Below are positions 1-10,600 of a stretch of DNA of 64,000 nucleotides, piece by piece (positions within the stretch are counted from its first letter, which is position 1; each line of letters starts with the position of its first letter). The DNA comes from Macrostomum hystrix (Eukaryota > Animalia > Platyhelminthes), in NCBI GenBank assembly GCA_950097015.1, contig CATNEN010000008.1, positions 2,666,001 through 2,730,000 on the forward strand, written 5' to 3'. The position numbers and the translations under genes were made by a program. A model generated the notes under the pieces. That model was given only the letters and a program-made list of their open reading frames with translations, had not been told where the DNA came from and did no database searches.

Positions 1-119
1 TGTTGACATGGTTTAACTGTTCAAACTGACAATTGAAATTTCTTTTATTAAATCATTTATGTATCATAGCTACAAATGGAGAGCATATTTAAGCAATTAT
101 TCTTTCCACATATGCTTAC

Positions 120-233
120 AGAGTAGCTAATGCCCCACATGATGACAGACTTCAGTGGTTCATTTGCACGAAAGAGTTTAAGCTTCTGGCGAACACCCTT
201 GACTTTGCGACTTTTCTTCACATGGATGTCCAT
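120..233 (-). CDS. PIP4K2: Phosphatidylinositol-5-phosphate 4-kinase type 2, first coding exon; gene continues beyond the left edge
   Basis: ATG at 233 gives MDIHVKKSRKVKGVRQKLKLFRANEPLKSVIMWGISYS, followed by a GTAAGC donor (119-114). This matches the PIP4K2 N-terminus [23 protein letters not shown], and the phase-0 intron is at what I recall as the same position as in vertebrates. Confidence 0.9.
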
Positions 234-832
234 AACTGGCTTGAGGCTGCTATGATTAAAGAAAAGTTGCAAATTTTTCCTTTATTTTTATGATAACAGT
301 TGCCAAGCAGCAACGGTGATCTGGTTACACTGCTGGAAAATCAGATATAACTAAAAAGTAAATTAAAGGTGTCATATAAAGTACATATAAACTGTATTGT
401 TTAAATGTACTTAAAAGTCTAATAAATGATAAGCCTAATCTGTACATTATACCAAGGAAATCTACATATAACTCCATCCTCTCAACATTCAAAAAAAATA
501 TATATATGTCCAGATTAAATTATTTAAATTAGCCATACTTCATTAACAAAAGGACTTCCATAAAAGTCAGAGAATCAAATGAACAAAGACAATTTGGTTG
601 CCTGCTACTAAAGAGATTCACAATATGAAATACAATTAAAAATGGGAAAATATATTTGCTTTATTAATTATGTTTTAGATACAAAATAGATACAAAAAAG
701 CAAAATTCATATGGATAGGCAAGATATAAATAAAGATTTTTTCACCCTTAAGAATTATCTTTTTATTCATGAATTCGAACTTTATTTTTTTTATTTTTAC
801 TTTAATTCTAGCATTATCTATAATAATAGAAG

Positions 833-861
833 TTATGCTTATGCTTATGCTTATGCTTATG
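833..861. repeat. (TTATGC)n microsatellite, about 5 copies
   Basis: Directly visible. Confidence 0.9.
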
Positions 862-2312
862 ATTTTTATGCTTATTAGTACATTTTAAACCATGTTTTTT
901 AGTTATAGAGTGCATTAAAGAGAAAAAAACAAAAAAAATGAAACAGATGGTTTTTGTAATCCACTTGTTATTACACCAGGTTATAATTTCAACCATCAAA
1001 AAGAAAATAAGAAACTTATATCGTTCAAAACCTAAGGGAGTCTATTTCAGAGTAGAATATTAGTATAAACCGTTTAAATAATCTAACGTTCTTAAATAAT
1101 GTACAGGTCAGATTGTTTAGGTTAGAGAACACATTAATATTAGATTGGTTTCCAATGTTTTCTCGGTTTGTTCTCTGAATTTTTTATTCCGTGCTGTGTA
1201 CGCAAATTATAAATATGATTGCATAAAAATTAACGCGTTTACTTCAAGAAATACTTTAATTTAGTTTTAGGGAACTGGGATGTTCTCATTTAAAGCTGCT
1301 TGTAAAGTTTTGTTAAAATGAGTTTCTTGCGTTGTGTTTCGTAGCCGGTGAAATGAGAAGCCAGTGTCCAATATGACGTTTTTGAATAGATTGCAGTTGC
1401 TACTTGCTAGGATCCCTTTTTAGTATACTTCTTGCATTTTTCATGCAATCTCCTGAACTTTATGTTACTGAGATCTCTCATCTGCTGTGACCTGAGCCAT
1501 TTAGTTAATATAATTATTTTTTATTTAGACGAAACAATACTTTGTCAGACCTTATGAGACGGTTTGAATAAAATTCATTTGGACTTAAGAATCAGTCATT
1601 CTAACTCAGTTCCTCTGTTTCTTCTGGCTTGTCATGGTCTAAGCAATTTTTTCATATTGTTTTTCGCAGCCAGACTTGAAGAACATATATAATATTCTTG
1701 CACACCGAGCGTCGGAGCGTAGACGAACTCTACAGCGATAATTGAAACCTTTGTTCGATGCTGTATTTTCGAGAATTCATTTTTTAAGTTCCCAATTATA
1801 AACTTCATTTCAAGGTTCATTGACGCATGAGTTCAGTTCCAACGCTGGTCATGAGACCAGCGTTGATCAATTTGGCTCGAATTCTCGAAAATGATGGAAT
1901 TGCAACTGAGAGATTGATCGATAGATATCAACGAAAAATGGAGCTAAATTTTGAGAAGCATGAAATCCCGAAGGTGATGGTTATGAGTGAAAACTGAAAT
2001 GCCCCTCTGCGGTTCACGAAGTCGTGGCTTTGCCATGCTTTTTCAAGCATTGTTATCTAGATGGAGAATTTTGCCGCTCAGCGAGCCAGTGTTATCGCAA
2101 AGATGCACCCAGAAATTTCTATTCCCTTTTGCACCTCGTTCGCCAGCTCAATCATCCATTGGACTCTGAGTTTTAAGAAATCGCTACTCTAAGAGTTTTC
2201 TAAAGAAAAGCTCAGCTAAATATAAGCTTTGCTACCAGCTCCAAGCAGAGTTGAAACAGCAGAGAGCTTTTAGAAGTGGACTCTGAAACTATCGCTGCCT
2301 GATAAATCCAGA

Positions 2313-5300
2313 ATGGGAGCGTTTGCTTGCGCTCTTAGACTAGCGGCCAGCGTCCGAGCAAAGTTGGAAAACTCCAAGCCATTCATTCTGGGCCTGGTGA
2401 TCGCTGTCAACCTGCTCGACCAGTGCCTGGTTACCGCCATCGGTGAAGAGCTCGATTCATTCTCATTTTCATTCATTTTTAACGCTAAATGAGGATCTAA
2501 ATCTGTACTTTCAGCTCCAATTATTCCACACTACCTGTACGAGAGAGATCTGCATTCGGCCAGAAGCGCTGCCGCTGCTAGCGGGGGCGAAACGACGCCA
2601 ATTTCTGGAAACTTCACCACGCAGGCTACACAGATTAACGCACGCTCGCCAGAAGATCGTCCGGAGAATTCCGGCAGTGGCCTGCCAGTTGTGGACGATA
2701 TTCGCAACCTGCTGGACATCTCCGATGAGAACGACAAAGTCGGCTGCTTACTGGCTTCAAGGTCTCTGGTGCAGATTGTAACTAATCCGCTGGTTGGTCA
2801 CTTTGTCAATAAGTAAGTCGAGAAAACAATTTAAATACGGTGAAAATCAAAAGTTTTCAATGACTGCCTATACAATTGATCGCAATAGACACGGTTGCGT
2901 CGTTGTTCTACTGGTCGGTGTCGCAACAATGTTCACTTCCGCCATCGGTATGTTCTCAGCTTACAATGAATTTTAACTTCTTCCTATGCAACAATAGCAT
3001 GCGGGCAGATCATTGACAACAAATTGCAGTGTACAGCTTTGCGGATAGCTTTTGGGCCTTCTTGGCTGGCCGTTCAATTCACGGACTGGGCTCATCTTGC
3101 ACCGCTATTGCGGGTAAGCGAACAATATTCGCAGGAATTTAAACAGAATGACGTAATTGACGCTATTTTTAGACGATAAATTTTATAATTTGGAGAATAG
3201 ATCAAGATACGTCACAGGCTATTTGTTGACACATGGCTTTTTAATTAATTATATAGTATGACTCACCATCGCCAGTGAGGTCAGTTCTATTTTTAGATAC
3301 AAGATTGCTTTACTAGAAAAAAACCTGGAGTAATTTTGAATTTCGATCGATATCATAAGGACAAGCAAGTATAATTGAACTGAGATGACTCAAGCAAGGC
3401 AATGGTGTACCTTCTCTAGCAGACTAATCGAAACATCCATAATTTCTTCGATTTATAATAATTCACTATTTGCTGCTCAACTTTTTATGCAACTTTTGAG
3501 ACGCAATTCAACCTTAATTTCATAGGCTTCGCTTTGCTAGCCTACATCTTCCCGGACGAGAAGACGAGATCCAAGGCGATGGGCCTAACATTGGGCGGTC
3601 AGGCCATGGGAGTACTGAGTGAGATGGCCTTGTCGCTAATTAACTACTATTGAGGAACTTAGCTCGTATCACGAAAAATCTCATATTCTCAAAATCTCTT
3701 ATTTAGGACATAATCTCAAACCCTCATTTGAAACAATAACTTAAACTCTCACCTGAGACACCACATAAACTCTTATCTAAGACACCACCTCAAACTCTTA
3801 TCTAAGACACCACCTCAAACTCTTATCTAAGACACCACCTCAAACTCTTATCTAAGACACCACCTCAAACTCTTATCTAAGACACCACCTCAAACTCTTA
3901 TCTAAGACACCACCTCAAACTCTTATCTAAGACACCACCTCAAACTCTTATCTAAGACACCACCTCAAACTCTTATCTAAGAAATCAATTCAAACTCTTA
4001 TCTAAGGCACCACCTCAAACTCTTATCTAAGGCACCACCTCAAACTCTTATCTAAGAAATCAATTCAAACTCTCGCCTGAGAAAGGAACTTAAACTCTCA
4101 CCTGAGAAAGGAACTTAAACTCTCACCTGAGATAGGAACTTAAACTCTCACCTAAGATAAAATATTCTCAAAACCTGGGCCCTAAACATCACCGGAATTC
4201 CGCATCTGCACTCTACCTTTAGTTACCTGCAGCATGCCATAATTTTCAGTCGGTTTTCCATTCGGCTCAGTTCTGTACCAGTTTTGTGGTCGACAAGTAC
4301 CATTCGCCGTTATCAGCGTGGCTCTGTTTATTGAACTCGGCAAGTTGATAAGAATGAAAATATCTCCATTTTTATTCTTGGTAATTGAGTGAAACAGTTT
4401 GCTCAACAATATGACTTTTCTCACCTTTGCAGTTTTGATGACGCTACTTATTCGATCCGAGCATCAAGGCAGAGTGAGATACCAATTTGACATTGCAATG
4501 TTAATTAATTGAAAACAAAAAACTGGTTACTAGTAGATATTACTAGTAGTAGTAAAGTAGGTATTTAACATACAGCGTATCCACTTGTTAGACAGTGTTT
4601 CTACCTGTTTGACAGTTTATCTACTAGTTAGACAAAGAAATTCCCTGTTAAGAGAGTGTATTTGCCTGTCTTACATTCCTTAAGTCAGTTGTTACAATAG
4701 ATGGATTAACTATAATTAAAATTCCAGGTGGACTGGGGCGAGCGTCAGTCGCTAGCCACCCTGCTGTCTGATCGCTACATCGTCATCGCCACCGCTGGCG
4801 TTTTCCTACAAGAGGCCGGCATCTCCCTGCTGGAGAGCACAATACCCATTTGGATTGAGAAGACTATGCAAGCTGAGAAATGGCAACTGGGTGAGCGAAC
4901 GGGCGGATAGATACATAGATAGCATTACATACTATAGCATAGTACTATGAGTAACTGCGTTCCCAAATCATAGGCGCCGTGTTCCTGCCAGACAGCGTGG
5001 CCTTCCTGCTGGCGTCGAATCTTGTGGGCTCCTACAGCTCCATGGGAGAGGACTGGCTAAAGGCCATGCTTAGCTTTGCTCTGTCCGGTATCTGCTTTGC
5101 AGTGGCAAGTATATCTTGGAGCCTCTGTTTAAATCTGATTGGTCTGCATCAGCTGGCCAATGAGAGTGAAGGGCGTGAGGTGGTGGGGTCGGAAGTAGGG
5201 CAGCTGCGGTGAGAAATCTTCCTTTCCTCTCGGAGAGGAGAGGGAGGGGCTTGTCGTGCAAGTTACGCCGTTGAAGGCCAACCTCCAAGGCACAGTGAAA

Positions 5301-6344
5301 GTGTACACTGCCAGACAATGAGAAAATCACGGCAGATGTACACACCTGTACATTTTGTTTCAAAACAAACAGAAAAAATAATAAAATATTAAGCCAGAGA
5401 TGTCGCAGGAAATGTCACAGTGATAATCTCTAAAATCCCACTGTCAGATCCCATCGGCTAGAACCGTCTACCACCTGCTGCTACCGCACTTTGGCATCGG
5501 CCTGGCTCTGGGCATTGTGGACGCTTCTCTGTTCCCGTTGCTAGGCAACCTGGTGGACACGCGGCATCCGGGATCCTATGGCAGTGTCTATTCTCTGTGC
5601 AACACCAGTGTCGCAGCAGCGTTTATTTTCAGTGAGTCGATCTGCGATAAAAACGTCAATATTCTGTACTCTGTACTCAATCGATTCCCCCAGTTCGCCG
5701 AATTCCCCCAGTTCGCCGAATTCCCCCAGTTCGCCGAATTCCCCCAGTTCGCCGAATTCCCCCAGTTCGCCGAACTCCCCCAGTTCGCCGACGAATTCCC
5801 CCAGATCGCCGAATTCCACCAGTTCGCCGAATTCCCCCAGTTCGCCGAATTTCCCAACCTTGAAACCAAGCCTCGAAAACTTCGCAGGCCCAATAATAGG
5901 CGGCCTGCTAGTGAAGCACGCCAGCTTCTCCTACGCCGCCATCGGCATGGGCGCTCTGCACCTGCTGTTCTCGCCCCTCAATCTGCTACTGCGCGAGGGC
6001 GCCGCGCAGGCTAACGCCAACCGCGATATGCAGTCCGTGAGTCAGACTTTTGCGTGAGCTATAAATAGCATGCGGTCACGTGACAGCCGATCACCCCATT
6101 TTTTCTTATCTGGTATAGTCAGGACGTGAGGCGGTCTTCCAAGTGGTGTAGAATTTTTGAATCAATTAGCCAGGCCAGCCAATAGGAAACTGCCTAAACA
6201 GCCAATGTACACTGCCAGCCTTCCCTTTCTTGTTCTTTCTCGCAGATCCGTCTAGTCAACTCCGAGAGTTCGGCCTCGATCTATTCCGGCCACCAGCTGA
6301 AGGAGCCTAAACGAATCTCGTCCAGTGCCGAGGATGAGCGCTGA
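2313..6344 (+). CDS. SLC18A: SLC18-family vesicular neurotransmitter transporter (VMAT-like MFS), about 506 aa, 12 exons
   Basis: Exons 2313-2442, 2515-2812, 2889-2947, 3030-3113, 3526-3618, 4250-4339, 4433-4473, 4728-4890, 4974-5104, 5448-5631, 5888-6036 and 6246-6344. All phases are compatible; total 1521 nt. Motifs LLDQCLVTAIAPIIPHYL, ENDKVGCLLASRSLVQIVTNPLVG, GRSIHGLGSSC, GFPFGSVLYQFCG, LLESTIPIW and IVDASLFPLLGNLVDTRHPGSYGSVY align to VMAT1/2. Confidence 0.93.
3743..4157. repeat. Intronic minisatellite, 25-bp unit AACTCTTATCTAAGACACCACCTCA
   Basis: Directly visible; in SLC18 intron 5, degenerate at both ends. Confidence 0.95.
5683..5855. repeat. Intronic minisatellite, 18-bp unit TTCCCCCAGTTCGCCGAA
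   Basis: Directly visible; in SLC18 intron 10; source of the FAEFPQ / SPNSPS / WGNSAN ORFs. Confidence 0.95.
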
Positions 6345-6579
6345 AGTTTTTCGCCAGCTGTCTAATATGGACTTTGGAAAAAATATGATAAAAGGCGCAA
6401 TAAATATTAAACAGTCGTACAAAAAAACACTGTCAAGCACTGGCACTTGCCTCAATCTGTTAAATTCTTATTAGAAAATTCAACTGACGTAAATTATGAC
6501 TTCTTAAAGCAGCATTTGCTGAGAAAAATTTGCCAGCTTAAAATTACGCACTCATTAACCTTTTAATCCATTTTCTATC

Positions 6580-6814
6580 CTACCTGTTAGTCAGTGAGTC
6601 TACCTGTTAGGCAGTGTATCTACCTGTTAGACAGTGTATCTACCTGTTAGACAGTGTATCTACCTGTTAGACAGTGTATCTACCTGTTAGACAGTGTATC
6701 TACCTGTTAGACAGTGTATCTTCCTGTTAGACAGTGTATCTACCTGTTAGTCAGTGTATCTACCTGTTAGACAGTGTATCTACCTGTTAGACAGTGTATC
6801 TACCTGTTAGACAG
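6580..6814. repeat. Minisatellite, 20-bp unit TACCTGTTAGACAGTGTATC, about 11-12 copies
   Basis: Directly visible; a degenerate relative lies at about 4577-4670. Confidence 0.95.
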
Positions 6815-7693
6815 GTTTGAAAATTTTGAAAATTCGTCTGTTAGGACTTAGAAACACAAATTCAAAAAAAAATTTTTAATTGTCCTCTTGGTATCAAATA
6901 ACTTTATACATTTTATTGAAAACATCTAGAAATAAGAAAATATCTTGACTTTGAAATCAGGTGTTTGATTTTTTCCGAATTGATTTTTTTATTGCACAAA
7001 ATCATGTACTTAACACGTAGACACTTAATTTAACTAACTTTTTAATTCTGTTGTTATGCTAAAATACATCGAATTTCAGAAAAATATAGAATGAACAAAA
7101 ATATTTTGTACTCGCAGATGCTGAATATTGACAATGCAGTGAGGTGGTTGCTAACTGGTATAATTATAAAAAGCGAATTACAATAATTACTACACAAATA
7201 AGTAATAAAAAGCGTCAATGTTATTGCCAATAAGACTAAACTAACAGACAAATGATTTTTATCGATCTTGTAAAAACTAGCTGTAAAAAATATCTCAAGT
7301 TTGAGCTGACCCTATTTTTCTTTGCTTAACTATTCACAAATTAGTGGAGACTATGAGAAAAACTAGAGTATTTTAGCGACAATGCAGTTTATATAATTGC
7401 GAAATATTGGGCAAAGTACATTTTAATACGAGTACATTATGCAAATAGCTTGGACTAATACAGTCAAACAACAGTCAAAACAGCACAACAAAAGTGGAAT
7501 AAATATGTCACGAAGAGCATCTGCTAAACAAAGATACTATTAACAAGACTGGACATCGGACAATCTAATAGACGTCTTAAAGCTTAAAGTGTTTTGCTCA
7601 TTGTTTATATCTCGTAAATCGAACCTAACCTAAAAAGTACGTTAAAAACCTGACTCTACGAATGTTTATAGAAAAATCTGCTTAACAAAAATT

Positions 7694-10600
7694 TCAAAAG
7701 CCGAATCCTTTGTGAGCGGCCTCCCATCCGCGAAGGACGTCCAGCTGGTCAGGGATTGTGGAGGCCAGCTGGGGCAGCAGGTCCTGCAGCTGCTGCAGGG
7801 AGGACACGCAGGTCACGCGATCGCGGAATGAGCGACTGGAAGGATTGGCCCGGTTAAGTTGGTTATAATACATATAAAGGGATAACTTTGGGAATCGAGC
7901 TCAGGGACCTTTGTGCGAGAGGCAAACCTGAAAATGGGCTCGCTAGAAATCATTGCTTTACTACAGGGGTCGGCAAACTCCGGCCCGCGGGCCAGATGCG
8001 GCCCTCGAAGCTCCCAAATCCGGCCCGTTGCCCCTTCTGACATCTACAGTGTCCTGTTTCATCTCTCTCGTGTCTTATCTCTCCCGTGTCTAATCTCTCC
8101 TGTGTCTCATCTCTCCCGAGTCTCATCTCTCCCGTGTCTCATCTCTCCCATATCTCATATTTATACAGTCAATGCGGCCCGCTGTCGTCTTTTAGGTTCT
8201 CTCTTTGGCCCGCCAGCAAATAAGTTTGCCTACCCCTGCTTTACTACGAGCTAATATTACTGTGCTTCAACTTAATATGATGCATCCATCCCATAATCTG
8301 ACATCGCTATTTGGTCTGACAACCATCAATTTTTTTGCTGAACCTTGCTTGGCGGATATCAGTTTTGTGCAAGCAGCTTAAAGAGGCTACTCACGAGGTG
8401 AACGCGCGACTCAGCACAGACAGTGTGCTCAACGAGAAGGTCGAGTGGAGCACGTAGACTCTACTGAGTCCGGACTGGGACTCCAGCCAGGTAGCGGCCT
8501 GTTTGAGCCAGGCCACCTTTGGGAACTGGCCCCTGGTAGCTGGCGAGTGCAGATACACTAGCGAATAGGCCGGCGTGCGCAGCTGACGAATGGCGTGGCA
8601 TAGCAGCCTGGAGAGGCAGTGAAATTACTTCTAGCTGTTAGCTTTAAAGTACATCTAGCATATTCGTATTTTTTATTTAGCTAAGGTTTAGTCTATGGCT
8701 GCTGGTACAGCTAGGGTTTAGTCTATGGCTGCGGATACAGCTAGGGTATAGTCTATGGCTGCGGATACAGCTAGGGTATAGTCTATGGCTGCGGATACAT
8801 CTAGGGTTTAGTCTATGGCTGCGGATACAGCTAGGGTTTAGTCTATGGCTGCGGATACAGCTAGGGTTTAGTCTATGGCTGCGGATACAGCTAGGGTTTA
8901 GTCTATGGCTGCGGATACAGCTAGGGTTTAGTCTATGGCTGCGGATACAGCTAGGGTTTAGTCTATGGCTGCGGATACAGCTAGGGTTTAGTCTATGGCT
9001 GCGGATACAGCTAGGGTTTAGTCTATGGCTGCGGATACAGCTAGGGTTTAGTCTATGGCTGCGGATACAGCTAGGGTTTAGTCTATGGCTGCGGATACAG
9101 CTAGGGTTTAGTCTATGGCTGCGGATACAGCTAGGGTTTAGTCTATGGCTGCGGATACAGCTAGGGTTTAGTCTATGGCTGCGGATACAGCTAGGGTTTA
9201 GTCTATGGCTGCGGATACAGCTAGGGTTTAGTCTATGGCTGCGGATACAGCTAGGGTATGCTAAGAAGCTAACACATTTTAATGTAACAGATTCGTAGTA
9301 TATATGCATCGGATTTATTAATAAATCCTTTTCTGCACCGCATCCCAACTATCTCGTCTTCCTCTTCTAAGATTTTCTTAAGCACTGTCTCATCCTTTCA
9401 TCTTATTAATCCCCAAATCCCTATTTGCCTCTCATTCGCAGTAATAATTTCTTAGATCACGAGGCAGGCTTTCCACCCCCAGGAAACATTAATCTGAGAC
9501 TCACGCGGAGGGAACCCCTTGGAGACGGGGAGCTGAAGACGGGGACGCGGAGAATTCTGAGGTTCTCCCCTATGGCCGGTTTGCACTAGGGCGACTGTCA
9601 CAAGAGCAGCGACATGACATTGATGGGGGGTCTGGATCTTATCGGATGCACAAAAACCTAACATCCACAAAGGTGAGGAGAGGGAGAGAGAGAGCGGAGA
9701 GATGAGTCGAGAGGGGAAGAAGACACAGGCAGAGCGATACTGCTGCCCTATCTGACATGCAACTCATGTTATAGTGTCATGCACTCACAAGCAATCCCAT
9801 CTAAAAAGCCTTCACTATTCGCCCGTGCTCAGGGTAACAACAACGACCCCTGAAGGCATATCCTGACTAGAGAGAACTATGTGAACAAGAAGGAGAGCTG
9901 CTCTTGTTAGTGTGGCCCCGATATGCGCTTGAGCTGTACGAGATCAAGGCTGATCAAACAGGCCTTCATCTGGGAAATACAGGGCTTGACACAGAGGAAT
10001 GTTCTACTGCCTGAACGATTTCTCCTATAGACTTCTCTCGTTAGTGGATTATGGTGGATTCTTGGAGACAGTGATCTTGATGGATTCTTGGAGACAGTGA
10101 TCTTGATGGATTCTTGGAAACTGTGATCTTGATGGATTCTTGTAAACTGTGATCTTGATGGATTCTTGGAGAAAGTGATCTTGATGGATTCTTGGAGACA
10201 GTGATCTTGATGGATTCTTGGAAACTGTGATCTTGATGGATTCTTGGAAACTGTGATCTTGATGGATTCTTGGAGACAGTGATCTTGATGGATTCTTGGA
10301 GACAGTGATCTTGATGGATTCTTGGAAACTGTGATCTTGATGGATTCTTGGAGAAAGTGATCTTGATGGATTCTTGGAGACAGTGATCTTGATGGATTCT
10401 TGGAAACTGTGATCTTGATGGATTTTTGGAAACTGTGATCTTGATGGATTCTTGGAAAATGTGATCTTGATGGATTCTTGGAAACTGTGATCTTGATGGA
10501 TTCTTGGAAACTGTGATCTTGATGGATTCTTGTAAACTGTGATCTTGATGGATTCTTGGAGACTGTGATCTTGATGGATTCTTGGAAACTGTGATCTTGA

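Noticed and set aside
2313-6344. Calling the transporter VAChT in a cholinergic locus
   Set aside because: No ChAT exons were seen nearby, the intron-rich structure and motifs are VMAT-like, and subfamily assignment needs a phylogeny.
6555-7050. piggyBac-like end TTAACCTTTT enclosing the 20-mer array
   Set aside because: No matching right end with TTAA was found.
8679-9259. Interstitial telomere, because of TAGGGTTTAG in the unit
   Set aside because: It is only a 10-nt partial match inside a 30-mer, with no tandem TTAGGG or TTTAGGG run.
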